The notes below the pieces were generated by a model that had not been told where the DNA came from, did no database searches, and worked only from the letters and a program-made list of their open reading frames with translations. Of a stretch of DNA of 64,000 bases, positions 51,221 through 64,000 are shown piece by piece. This DNA comes from Octopus vulgaris (lineage: Eukaryota): positions 147,932,001 through 147,996,000 of the forward strand of contig OX597815.1 in NCBI GenBank assembly GCA_951406725.2, in the 5' to 3' direction. Made by a program: the position numbers and the translations under genes. Within the stretch, counting starts at the first letter, position 1. Every line of letters starts with the position of its first letter.

Positions 51221-53671
51221 AATTCACAATGTATTTCATTTATAATTCATGTTGTACATCATTCTTCGCCTTTTTCAATCCTCTCAACGACATTTTGGAC
51301 ATTTCTAGCAGCAATTCATATTCTTTCTATGCTATACGTAGCGTAGTCTTTTCAACGCAAGGACCACAGCCCTGATGGCTATTTCTACCTTTAAAAAGCC
51401 TGTTTCAGTGTCCTTTTTCATAAATAGGAACTATTGATATGAAGTTGAAGGCGGTTCTTGCATTATGAGTAGCTTGGTGGAACAATTCAATTCGGGTACT
51501 CGTGCCTTTTTTCATTTATACTAAACGAGCAATATATCACTATACACTGGCCTAATCGACGAATAGATTGCCTCGAGGACATTACATCCAACGGATTTCT
51601 TCTGAGTAGCATCCTAATCTTTCTCTTATACAGTTTGTAATCTTTCTCTTTCACATCATTTTCTTTTTTCATTATTTTCATCCTGCAACAGGTGTAGATA
51701 CTTGAAACATTCATTACCTGATAGCGATCGAATGATATATCACAGTACGTTTTTCATCGTTAGATTTCATTCTTCGATCACTTCATTATGATATCTTCAC
51801 ACTTCCTCACCCCAAGCCGCATACCAATATCATTAGTAATGATTTAACACTTAGCACGAGACACTACTACTACTACTACTACTACTACTACCTATAATGA
51901 TGATGATCATTCTCTTCGTCATGCATATCATTATCAATATTTCATATTATGTGCGCTTCACTAGTCACAATGTCACAATATACTTGGGAAGAAGTAAAGT
52001 AGTTCATATATAGAATTGCATACACAAATGATTACGTTCTTAGGTGCACAATGTCGTATTTAAATGACTTAGTTCAATTACATTAGAAAGCGCTTAATTT
52101 ACCAATTTAGAAAATGAAATATCTCATATCAAAATTGTACAGGATTGAAAGATTAAATATTGAATTAACGAAACGGATATAACCTATTATTTAATATATG
52201 AGAATCTCAAGACCTTTACCGTCTACTGTTGGATATGTTAAAATCTTCTAGAGCATTATAATTAAGTGAAAATTCTTATTAGTTTTCAAATATGAAAGAT
52301 GAATAATGGTTATAAATACTGCTTAGTTGTTTCATACGGAACAGTGCTATTTCATGATTCAACAATGAATATTTAAACACTGTGGTAAATACTAAGCTTG
52401 AACATTTAAGAAGCGTATTTTGGAATTGTATACAACATTTAATTTAATAATATATATACTATAGAACTACATTGTCTACTTGTATTTGCAATTAATGCAT
52501 TAGTGGAGTTAAGAGAATATATGTTAGTTAGTAACACGATATAACACTAAGATTTATTGACCCTATATTTGTCAATAAATGTGAAAGATAATTTCAAAAA
52601 GTGATCCCAAAGTACTTGTTACAGCGTAATTATGATCATATTTTGGCTGACACTCGTACTTCAAACCGGAAGCACAACGTTCAATGGTTCTGCAATGCAA
52701 CATCGATTCGCCTAGCCTTTCAATGATATTCGAAATGCATTAAAAAAATATTGTGCCACAGAATATAGTCCAAGAAAAGAGGAAGAATGTTATGTTTTCA
52801 ACGGCATTCTTATCTCCCTGAAATTAATAACACTGGCTTAATTTTAATTCTATATAATAATTTGAACAAACATTCAGAATAAAAAAGTAATTGGTAATTT
52901 GTTTCGTTCAACCACCATATTCTTCGTTTATCTCAAGAATTATGATGCTTTACAGACCATTCTTGTTGTCTATTAAGGAGGTTTGATTTTATGCCGTTAT
53001 CAAGAATTTTTCAATCATAGCTTTCTCTAATGAATCTGTCAGTAACAATTCGTATTCGTCTCTTCCAACTTTATGTAATAATTCTAAACTTGGTTACGTA
53101 GTGGAATATTTGCGACACGTTGTCACCTTCAGATTCTTTCACAGAATCTTGTACTTATTTTTGTAGTTTCATCAACATTTTTCTCTTTTTTCTATTTTCC
53201 CCATAAAAATTGCAATCTCTAATATATATTTCTTGGCTTCCTTCCTAGGAGAAACATATATTAAATCTTGATTGTTTCATAATTTTTAAAATCAACTCCC
53301 ATTATTTCTTCAATTTAACGTAATCAATATTTTATGATAGTCAACTAGATTCCTAACACATTTTCCTGTTCTTGGTAAAGATATTTTCATGTCTGAATTA
53401 TGAAAAATTTCTTCTGAATGATATTGCATTAATAAATATTAGTAAAATGGTTAGCTGGCAGATTTGCTAAGGCGCTGGTAAAAATTCTTCATGGCATTTC
53501 TTTTTGACTCGTTCTGTTATGATTCGAAAATTCTGCCGAGTATGATTTTTGACTGTCATTCATTCGGGGTCGATAAAATGATGTGATAATGAGGATTTTA
53601 GCTGCTTCCCCCTAGCCACAACCTTAGTAATTTTGTGCCAAAATTTGGGATAGCTAATATTATTATACTTG

Positions 53672-53980
53672 GAGGCGCATGGCCTAGTGGTTAGAGCAGC
53701 TGGTTCGCGGTCGAAGGATCGCGTGTTCGAATCTCAGACCGGGCGATGTGTGTGTTTATGACCGAAACACCTAAGTTCCACGCGGCTCCGGCAGAAGGTA
53801 ATGGCGAACTTCTGCTGACTCTTTCGCCACAACTTTCTCTCACCCTTTCCTTCTGAATCTTTCGGCTCACCTGCGACGGAACGGCGTCCCGTCCACGTGG
53901 GGAACATATACGCCAAGGAAACCGGGAAACCGACTCTTATGAGCCAGGCGTGGCTCAAGAAGGAACAAACAACAACAACA
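53672..53980 (+). mobile_element. tRNA-derived SINE S3, tail type c
   Basis: GGCGCATGGCCTAGTGGTTAGAGC..GTTCGAATCTC; (AAC)n tail; candidate TSD ATTATAC. Confidence 0.88.
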
Positions 53981-54172
53981 TTATACACATTTCCTTTAGC
54001 TATATCGTAATAAATCATTGACAGCAGTAATTTTTAGCTTAGTACTTGATATTATACAAAAAATAATATCGTTTGTATAACCCTATCATTTCCCTCTTTG
54101 AGAAGTATGTTTGACATTGTTAGACTGACACATACGAAATTCGTATATATATTATATATATATATATATTTA

Positions 54173-54233
<61 letters not shown>

Positions 54234-54372
54234 TTTCTAATGCTAATGGACATGCAATAGAAATGTAATTCATAATTTTCCATTTGTATGAAAATTTATG
54301 TACTAAAAACCCATTAAAATAATTCTGTCTTGCACGTGCGAGATCAGACGTGTTCAATATTTCTAGGACCCT

Positions 54373-54570
54373 GGCTGCGAGCTGGCAGAACCGTTAGCAA
54401 GCCGGGCGAAATGTGTAGCCGTATTTCGTCTGCCGTTACGTTCTGAGTTCAAATTCCGCCGAAGTTGACTTTGCCTTTCATCCTTTCGGGGTCGAAAAAT
54501 TAAGTACCAGTTATGCACTGGGGTCGTTTGTCTGTCCTTGTTTGCCCCCTTGTGAGTAATAAAGAAACAT
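54373..54570 (+). mobile_element. SINE S2
   Basis: GCGAGCTGGCAGAACCGTTAGC..CCTTTCGGGGTCGAAAAATTAAGTACCAG. Confidence 0.88.
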
Positions 54571-56835
54571 GTAGGGAACTGCTAAAATCAGAAGTTACGT
54601 TGTTTTTAGCAATATTTATTAGCAATTGATATCCTGAGGGTTACGAAGAGAAACAAGTTTTTCATGGAAACAAGTTGTACTTGTTCATGCTGTTTTGTAG
54701 TTGATAGTATTGCAATAAAGACTTGGCTGGTCATAGGATATAGGATTATATGACACTAGGAATGTTGTTCTCAGTGTTGGGATTTGGCCTGTCACTAAAC
54801 CTCTCATCTGTTCTTTCCGGTGTTGCCAGTATTTTCTTAAAATCTTTCCTAATTATTTATTTATTTCAATTACATGATTTATATGATGCTCGATGTATCA
54901 TTCTCTTCCGTCGTTTTAGTGCATTTCATTATTTTTGGTTACGCAAATGAACTTCTTTCGTTTGTTTTCTTACAATTGCTCTGAAGCGCTGTGGTATTAT
55001 TTGAACAATCTCCTCCATGGTGATTTATTCACATGCTATAATACTCCTCAGAATTATTCCATCTCTCATTATGTAACAGCTAAAACGTTTCTATTTTCAC
55101 TAAAAATAATTATTCATTTCATTCATCTGCGTTTGATTTAAATTGTTTTGCTTTGAAAATTTGTTGGTGCATTACATAATAAGGTTTTCCGCGTGATACA
55201 ATGATGAACTCTTGTTTCAGCCACTGTTTCATTTTTGATACCTCGTTTACGAATTGAAAGTTTGCATTGCCTTAATGTTATCTAGAAAGTAAATTCGATA
55301 TCGATTTCATTAATGATTAGATTTCTCTTCTCTCAAACTCTTCTCTTTTCTGTAGATTTCAATTTCGATTGCCTCGCTATAGATATTCCTACATAAGGAT
55401 ATGTGAGTGCGTGTCCACTTTCATCTCTAACAACAATAGATGTTGCTTATATTATTTCATTTACTATTGTGGTAATTAAGATACTTTATCTCCTGCACAG
55501 TGTTTATAATATTCCGTTTGGCATTTAGCAATGTTTTTTACAACATTGTTTATGAATCGTATTCTCACGAGTATGAACGATCGTTTCTCTGGGGATATGA
55601 TATCTATTTGTTATTTATTTCTAAATCTAAGTCGAAGAGCGGCCGCAGTTGTTTATACGTCGGACAAAATGCTTAGATGCGTGTTTACCGGCTCTTTACG
55701 TTCTGCGTTCAAATCCAGTCGTAGTTCACTTCGATTGTCCTTCTGTCGAAATTAGTGCACCTAGCTTAGAATCGATTATTTCAGCCTCTATATACATACA
55801 TTTTTATTTTTTCACTGTTAGAACTTTCTGAACAAAAATCCTCGAATATTTTTGTTTTTTCATGAAAATGGTGGTATTTTACGATTAATTATTGCGTTAC
55901 TTCTTTTAGGACCAGTGAATGACGATGCGCTAGAGAAACTAATTCGAGTGAAAATGAAAGAGTGAGAGAGAGTGTGTGACAGAGAGAAAGTGAGATACTG
56001 TGACAGAGGGAGAGATAGAGAGCTATAGAGAGATAATAATGCATATTTTAAAACGATATCGGCGATTTTCATTCAACGGGTACAGTTTCACTTGAATCAA
56101 TGAAAGAAATTTGGGAAGAAAGTTTGTCCAACGAGAATGGGGAAAACATTCAATTTCTCTATTTAGAAAATGTTGATATCTCCGCCATAACAAATACTGA
56201 AATATTTGGACACATGTCTCACATACACAGAATAATAGTGCAGTTATAACAAAGGTACATGAGAAACAATTTAGATCCGAAGCTGATGGTAAATTTGTTT
56301 TGCATAACAGACAGTTTGCTAAAACTGAGTCGATGGCAAGCTTCATATATTCAGTGGAAAATGAGTTCGTGTGCAAGTGCTAATTACACTCAAGGCACAG
56401 AAGGAAGTGCGAGGTGTCTATTCAGTTTAGGGCTTCTTGACAATGAGTATGAGATTATTGGTGCATCTAAGATTCTACATCGCACATTTATATATAGAAC
56501 ATGTAGGCATTTGAATCTTTAAGTGTTAATTCGTAATTTGTAATTGATAGTTTACCTTTCACTCTTCCTCGCCTATCTAAATCAATTTTTATACCACCCA
56601 ATGCTATGTAATATTGATATAATATAATATAATATAATATTCCTCCATAACTTTATGTATTTCTGTTTCCTTGCCCTTTATGCAAATAAAAATATTATTA
56701 TTATTTTATTGTCTCTGTACGGTTTCTACCTTTGTTGATGTAATAGAGTGTCAGCGGTTCATTACCAGAGAACTAGGGTAACATCCCTTATTTGCCGAGC
56801 ATCATCCGGCGTATTCGAGAGGTTCCAAGAGACGA

Positions 56836-56839
<4 letters not shown>

Positions 56840-56898
<59 letters not shown>

Positions 56899-57740
56899 CA
56901 TTGTTTAAGACGTCGCTCTTTATCCAGTGTCGTGATGATGTTGATTGAAGATACTGTACTGTCAAGTCACAACAATGATCTCAGACAGATAGCATTTTAA
57001 GCAATATGCGTGCAGTTCCAAGTAATGCCGATTTTTGCTTTACACCTATATCATAGGTGCTCCTAATATTTCCAGGTTGGGTGGTATTGACCCCAATGCG
57101 ATGTCCGATGACAGCAGGGACAAATTTTATGCTTGACTCTCTCAGTTCTCTTTCTGCGCAATACTTTCACAAGCACTAACAATATGAGTCACATTTCCGA
57201 CCCACTTCCCTCACAGTCTAAAGTGGTTCGTTGCACTTGTGAGGTATATATATCTTTTCACTGAGTTAGTATTCAATGCCTGGCCCTGAGCAGCAATGAT
57301 TAGGCTGTCAGTCTACATTATTAGATCGCTCTTGCTGAGCTTCCACCATGCTGAATCCTCGTCATTTAAGTTGTTAGTCACACAGTGCATCTGACCACAT
57401 AACTCTATGCTAAGTAGATTTTCTTCTCTCTCATTGGTTATTCCTGATCAGAATTGATTAGCCTCTCAAATCTATTTTTGGAAAATCCTTCTGCATTACC
57501 AATTCTTGTTCACCTTATACCAAATATTCTGCCACTGTGGATGTACTCCCGTATGCTAATCAGTCCACGTCCAAATTTACCCCTCACGTAGAGCCTTAGG
57601 GTTGAGGGCACCATACATTGTCATTGTCTTTAGGGTAGTGCGATCGATATTGTTAATCTAGCTTGTGTCCGATTCAGGATGGGTGTACTCGAGCCGAATA
57701 CAGCGATCGCCTGTATGTTGACGGCAGTCACAAAGTTCCT
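56840..57740 (-). pseudogene. 5'-truncated, internally deleted R4/Dong-type (RLE) non-LTR retrotransposon with (TAA)n tail
   Basis: Minus strand: LYV....GRGL; DSLIIAAQGQALNTN; RL...VTHIVSACESIAQK (CCHC region); QKSALLGTARILLKML; then 3' UTR and (TAA)n. Confidence 0.85.
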
Positions 57741-57749
57741 TGAATTTTG

Positions 57750-57929
57750 ATCTCTTCTTCTTCATACTCCTTTTTCTATTCCTCCTCATCTTCATCCTTC
57801 TCCTCATCCCTTTCTTTTCTCCTTTTTTTCTTCTTCTTCTTCTTCTTCTACTACCCTCCTTCTCCTTTTCTCCTCCTCATTTTCCTCTTCCTCCTCCACG
57901 CCATCCTTCTCCGCCTTCCTTTTTTTTTC

Positions 57930-58018
<89 letters not shown>
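57750..58018. repeat. (CTT/CCT)n and (TTA)n microsatellites
   Basis: Direct reading; similar (AAT/TTA)n tracts at 37590-37686 and 60690-60935. Confidence 0.95.
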
Positions 58019-58021
<3 letters not shown>

Positions 58022-58605
58022 GGTGGTGCTATTAATAATTGTCGTTGTAGCACAAGTAATAACTAACAATATTTCCGTCGTATTTCACTTGTACAATATT
58101 AGGTAGCAATGAACTTCAACTGATATGCGTAGTCTTTCTTTCTGATGAATATATTTTACGAAATCTCTCGCAAATGTAGAATTCCCATTTTTTCTTCTGT
58201 GATCGTTCGTACATTTTGTTATGCTAGTATTTTCTTGTACTGACATTTTCGTTTAACTCATTAGCAGTTAGCAGTTAGTATCAGGATTATGATTTCGCTT
58301 ATCCCACACACCCGTTAGCATATTTTAACATATCTTACTTGAGCGAATTTGTTACTTCTTGTAACAATGACATCGTACGCATTCTATTGTATATGTAGGC
58401 TAATGATATTAGTACAGTTGAAATTAAATTTATCATATTTGGCACAATCTTCATATTCCTCTATTACGAGATATCAGATGTCGAAGAATATATAACATTT
58501 TTCTCAAACATATATCTGTTTTCATACGTGTTGCAGAATCTCAGTCTCGTGTAATATTATATGCTATCGGAAACTGGGGACTCTCGAAAATATTAAAAAT
58601 CCTGC

Positions 58606-58644
<39 letters not shown>

Positions 58645-59339
58645 TAACATAGCACTGAGTTTATTCCTAATTCTTGCATATTATGTGATTATATCTTAAA
58701 GTAATATTATAAATATATTTGACTATGTAGTCAGATATGAAGATTAAACACAACATACTCTGTTTCAAGTAATGTAGTCATCATGCATCACGGATTTTTG
58801 AGATTTACATTATTAATACATCCACGAAAGATTTCTTTTTCCATATCGCGTTACATTACATATGTAGATATGCTGGTTATAATTTCATAATGTCACTTAG
58901 GTGGTAGGTCTTCACATTGGTTGTTTTCTCTAAAAAATATATAATTGTTCTGCGTTTTAATCTTCCGTTATTTGAAGCGGTAATGTACATGCATGTGTAT
59001 TCAGCTTATACAAAACGGCGTGAACAAATGATTTCTTTATAGTGATCAGACGTATGTGTCGTAGATTAGATTGAATTCTCCATCAAATCGACATTGTTTA
59101 AACAGTTGGATGGTGTAGCACGCGTTAGGTTTGATAACCGTCGCAGGACAACGTGATGTCAGTTTGTTTTTTGCTCAAGAACACAACGTGCCGGAAGGTT
59201 TACCCATTGAAACAACGATGCTGCGATCGAAAGTGCAACGCCCTTATCACTAGGTCATGTGACCACACATCTGTGTGTGTGTGTGTGTGCATATATGTGT
59301 ATGTTTGTATATATATATGTGTGTGTTTGTGTGTATGTA

Positions 59340-59548
59340 TGTCTGTGTTATCCCCCCTAAACATCGCTTGACAATCGATGGTGGTGTGTTTACTTTCCCG
59401 TTACTTAGTGGTTCGGCATAATAACCGATGGAATAATTAATAGGCTTACAAAGAATAAGCCGTGTTGTCGATTTGCTCGACTAAAGGCGGTGTTACAGAT
59501 TGGCCGCAGTCAAATGACTGAAACGAGTAAAAGAGTAAGAGTAAAAGA

Positions 59549-59550
<2 letters not shown>
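59340..59550 (+). mobile_element. SINE S1 3' half
   Basis: GCTTGACAATCGATGGTGGTGTG..GGCCGCAGTCAAATGACTGAAAC. Confidence 0.85.
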
Positions 59551-59603
<53 letters not shown>

Positions 59604-59936
59604 ATATATATATACCTAATTCATATACAAGTATATTGATATTAATGGATTCGACCAGCGAATCCATCGTCATCGGACTGTGATGCATTAGAGTTAGTGT
59701 TGCATGTATATAAAGTTTCTTTTGAGCTAAAAGCATGTTTGGGTGTGCGTATTAGAGGGTTGGCTAGGAGAGAAATTCGGTTTTGTGTGGGTATGTGTGT
59801 TGGAAATGATTTTATTGATTAAGTGAGGTGTCATATTATACTTTGGAGTTCATGCATATAGAACTTCCTTACCAATAACTTTTTTGCCCCAGCATGGCCG
59901 CGGCCTTCGGGCTGAAACATTTTTAAGGATTTAAGG

Positions 59937-60005
<69 letters not shown>

Positions 60006-60330
60006 CAATATTTTATATTGAGTCACACCCACTAAGCAAACCCTTGCGCACAACTTCTCCGACTCTATATGAATACAAACTTAGAAATATCTACGTCGCA
60101 AAAGTGATGGTACGCTCTGAACTCGAGGAATACGAAAAAGGGTATGTGTGTACGATTTATTTTCCCTTAATCAGAGGAAAAAATCCTTTATAGACCCAGA
60201 GATATCTAGCGAGCAAATGGGTCGTTAAAACTTGGGTAAATCTATATAAAATTTTATTGTAATAATTACTGCTCTATTTTTAAGAGTGTTCTTCTTTCTT
60301 ATAAATGTTTTAACTTATTAACTATATATT

Positions 60331-60594
60331 AATTCTCAAACGCAGGATAATGCGAATAATATAGCCTGAACAGGATAAGCTACCCCTATTTTGCAGAAAA
60401 ATGTGTTGGTTAGCCGCTATGAGACTCGAACTCACACCTCCGTGATTACGCGGCGTGGTGCCCTGAAATATTAAGCGTAATCACGGAGGTGTGAGTTCGA
60501 GACTCATAGCAAGCCACCAACACATGTTTCTGCAAAATAGGGGTAGTGTATCCTGTCCAGGCTATATTTTCTGCATTATTCTGCGTTGAGAATT
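60331..60594. repeat. ~264-bp fold-back containing a tRNA-like segment in each arm
   Basis: Arms of ~120 bp; GCGTAATCACGGAGGTGTGAGTTCGAG(A/T)CTCATAGC has a B-box/T-arm. Confidence 0.9.
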
Positions 60595-60781
60595 TAAAAA
60601 CATTTTTCTAGGACATCTCAACGCTTCTAAAGCAAACATCGTTTGTTTGTTTATGTTCATCGTAATTTGAATTTAGAAATTGCTTATTAGTATCATTATT
60701 ATGATGATTATTGTTATTATTAGTATTATTATTATTATTATGATTATTATTATTTTTATTAATATTATTATTATTATCTGG

Positions 60782-60842
<61 letters not shown>

Positions 60843-60873
60843 ATTATCATGATTATTATTATTATTATTATTA

Positions 60874-60937
<64 letters not shown>

Positions 60938-61425
60938 ATCCAATGAAAAGCAATTTCCTTCAAAGAGATGGAACACGTTAAATTTTTCATTGGTTTTTCA
61001 GTTAAATACCACAATATTGTAAAGAAAAATAAATCAGAATTTAAATTGGTATATATTCAATGTATAGACATTAAAGGAAAATGGGAAATACAATTGACAT
61101 ATTATAAATTTATTAAGGATATAATATAGTATAATTATGACAGAAAAAATATAATATAATATAATAAACATTTTAAACAAATATATATCCCATAATTTTT
61201 TTCGATTCATATCCACTATTGAATTTATGAAAAAAAATCGCATTTATGGATATGAACCTCATCAGGGTCGTATTTATATAACAAATAGACAAATATTACC
61301 TGGAGAGATTCATGTCCATAAATGCAATTTTTGTAATAAATTCACCAGTGGACATGAATGGAAACAAATTGTAGGATATTTGTTGGTTTTTATTATTTGT
61401 TATATTATATCTTTTTATAGTATCA

Positions 61426-61499
<74 letters not shown>

Positions 61500-61509
<10 letters not shown>

Positions 61510-63437
61510 CAAAAGATGTAATAAAGAAATATATAATACAAAATATGTCTATCTGATTGTCTGTTTGTTTGTCTGTCTCTATAACTGCATGCATTTCTAC
61601 ATTTTACATTTTGAACTAAATTTCACATAGGACACAGAAGCACAATTACGCATCGTAGACTGCTAATTCTTTTTTCCTTACATCGATTGTCGTGCCCCCA
61701 GGGGCAGATAACCCTCTTAAGCCTCTCTCTTGGAATCAGCATCACTACTGCATAAAGACCACTTAATTCCTGCAGTTTGCCTCCCATCTTCACCAAAATT
61801 AATATTTTGTTTGCTTATTGCCTAAAAATAAAGTTGCAGGCATGCCCTTGCGAAGAAATTCTGGTAGGGCACCCCTTGCGTGGGTTTCATGACAGTCAAG
61901 TTATTTTGATGAATGTTGAAGTTGATATCATCAATGCAACTAAACATCCTAACTACTTGAATTAGCGTTTGGTTTTCACGAAACGAGACATTGATTACAC
62001 ACGGCTCACAGAAGAAACTAAACACATGAAATTTACTTGAACTTATCAAAGGACCCCTGTGGATGTGGTAAACCCCTACGACTTATTTATTGAAATTCAC
62101 ATTAACTCTGATTTAGCACCTGATACCTTTTTAAGTTTATGTTCGATTCTAACTTTACGGGACACATTGGATGCCTATTGCCTAAAGTTGATGTTGAAGA
62201 CACTACTATACCTGGAACAACCAGGCGGACCTCCAGTGAGCAATAAGCCCCGGCGTGTTATTTATTGATTTTGTCTATTGTAATGTAGAAAAGGGCCATA
62301 GCGTCGATAAGTGGTAGTCCCACAAGATGAATTTCGACTCAGTTGGTAATCATTTACTGCAGATGAATATAGAATGAGACACATTTACTTCCATAAAAGT
62401 TCAAACTGCCACTATGAAACAGCATCAGAACTTGGGGAGGATATTATGGCTGTTACCCGCAATAAGATAAAGTAACACACGTTCTTTATCACTTGAATTT
62501 CTGCAAGTTAACAGCCACGGGAGTGCAGTGATCCCATTCGGGCCTCTTTTAAATTCATATTATGGTCACAGCAAAGCATTTTAATTTCTGGAATTAACAG
62601 TCAATTTAAACGAAATTTGACGCATCGGTTACTCTTGAACTATAAACGGAGTAGCGAATGTTTAAATCCTCCTGACTAAACTTTAGTTTGCTGAATTACA
62701 TTTAAGATTATTGAATTTAATTTTGTTCCCAGGTTGTCTCTCGCTTCATTTCACACTCCTAACCTAGTGTAAATTTTAATGTCTACTCTATATGGATTGA
62801 GCAATTTCACAATCATACCTAAACTGTGCGAATGATTGATTGCGTTTTGCACCCAGTTGTCTGCCCCGTTTAATTGCACCCCAGTTAAATGCGAAATGGC
62901 GACCTCTGAGCTGTGTTCTGCAGATTTCATGACATTTGTATTATGCAATCAATCAGACAAATATAGTGTTGTTCATTAAATGAAATCATTCCTATATGCG
63001 TGTCAAGTCTGTCCTAGGATCACATTTCATTTTTGGCTTTTGACAAATGGTAGGTATCTTTTTACTTGCGTACTCTCATACACTATCCCGTGTTTCTGAA
63101 ATGTATCCGTATTCAACATTTGTCACCTTAATTGAGGTTTATCTTATTTGATTATGGTCATAAGGTTTCAGTTTACCATGCTGTGATCGGAAATTTTTGC
63201 CTGCATCCTTTCAATAGTTAATATTTTCTTATTGCTATTGTTTCGAACGCGAAAAAATATACTGATTTCGCGTTCCCTCGACGCGAACGTCGCTCCCGAG
63301 TTTTGAAAGAAAATGAAGTAAAAGCAAACAGAAAAGCCGAATTCTCTTTTAAAAGAGCCGTATTTGACAGAAGTCTTTCGGTTCATTTGAACGACTACTC
63401 TAGATTTATACCGGGCAACGCCGGGTACCTCTGCTAG
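61500..63437 (+). mobile_element. Probable Helitron-like element; the 3' end is better supported than the 5' end
   Basis: 3' CCGGGCAACGCCGGG hairpin followed by CTAG|T at 63411-63438; 5' ATATAATACAAAA followed by a (TGTC/TGTT)n run. No convincing Rep/helicase motifs read inside. Confidence 0.5.
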
Positions 63438-64000
63438 TTTTATATGCCAATTGTATTTCTCTATTTATACATATACATACGCAAATACACGCACACACAC
63501 GCACATACACACACACCTGCACACACACACACACGCACACACATATATTCACTTTTACCAGTTACTTATTGTGGCTAACATTATTGTTAGTTATTTTACT
63601 ATCCTCTTAATTTCTTTGTATCGGTATATCCATATGTCTCTAGAGATACTGCATGTTGTCGGTAGAAAAGAAACAATAAATCAATAATTCTGGAGAACAG
63701 CGATTTCTACATGTCCAGTTATATTCTGCATTCAATCACGTTTTACCATTTTTGCACCCACATGTTTCTGCTGCGACTCAATGCACTCTCCAAAATTTTT
63801 CATCTCGTCGAGATACCATCCGAAATAAATACAGATCCATCTAAAATATTTCATGCATGTTCTGTTAGTATTATTGAAATAGCCTAAAGTCTGACCTTTT
63901 CGATTCGGCTGGTTAGAAAAACAAGTGACTAGTTCTCCAAGAACTAATAAGCAAATGTATTCTTTCCTCCGAGTGGTAAATGATAGTATATTTAGTATCA

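Noticed and set aside
53672-53745. Functional tRNA genes (also 24044, 9950, 60480)
   Set aside because: Heads run into SINE bodies and lack a closed acceptor stem.
59640-59680. Further HHR candidates (59640-59680 minus; also 18210-18255 minus, 7290-7340 minus, 26260-26340 plus)
   Set aside because: A hairpin or partial core is present, but the GAAA box, stem I or stem II is too degraded to call.

Overview
AT-rich, repeat-saturated animal genomic DNA, most likely octopus (inferred from the SINE repertoire and extreme (TA)n density), intronic or intergenic. No host protein-coding gene can be supported; nearly all supplied ORFs are microsatellite artefacts. Recognisable content: three tRNA-derived SINE groups; decayed LINEs (CR1/L2-type, R4/Dong-type, probable RTE); a Penelope-like (PLE) reverse-transcriptase pseudogene; Tc1 and mariner remnants; two Helitron-like elements; several long inverted repeats and local duplications. 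The main finding is about a dozen minimal type-I hammerhead-ribozyme (HHR) motifs in short, apparently non-coding, often fold-back elements embedded in (TA)n tracts, resembling non-autonomous PLE/retrozyme-like elements. Their cores include C3-G8, U3-A8 and G3-C8 pairings. A covarying 3' stem-loop also links one SINE family to the CR1-like LINE. All structures were read by eye; coordinates are approximate.
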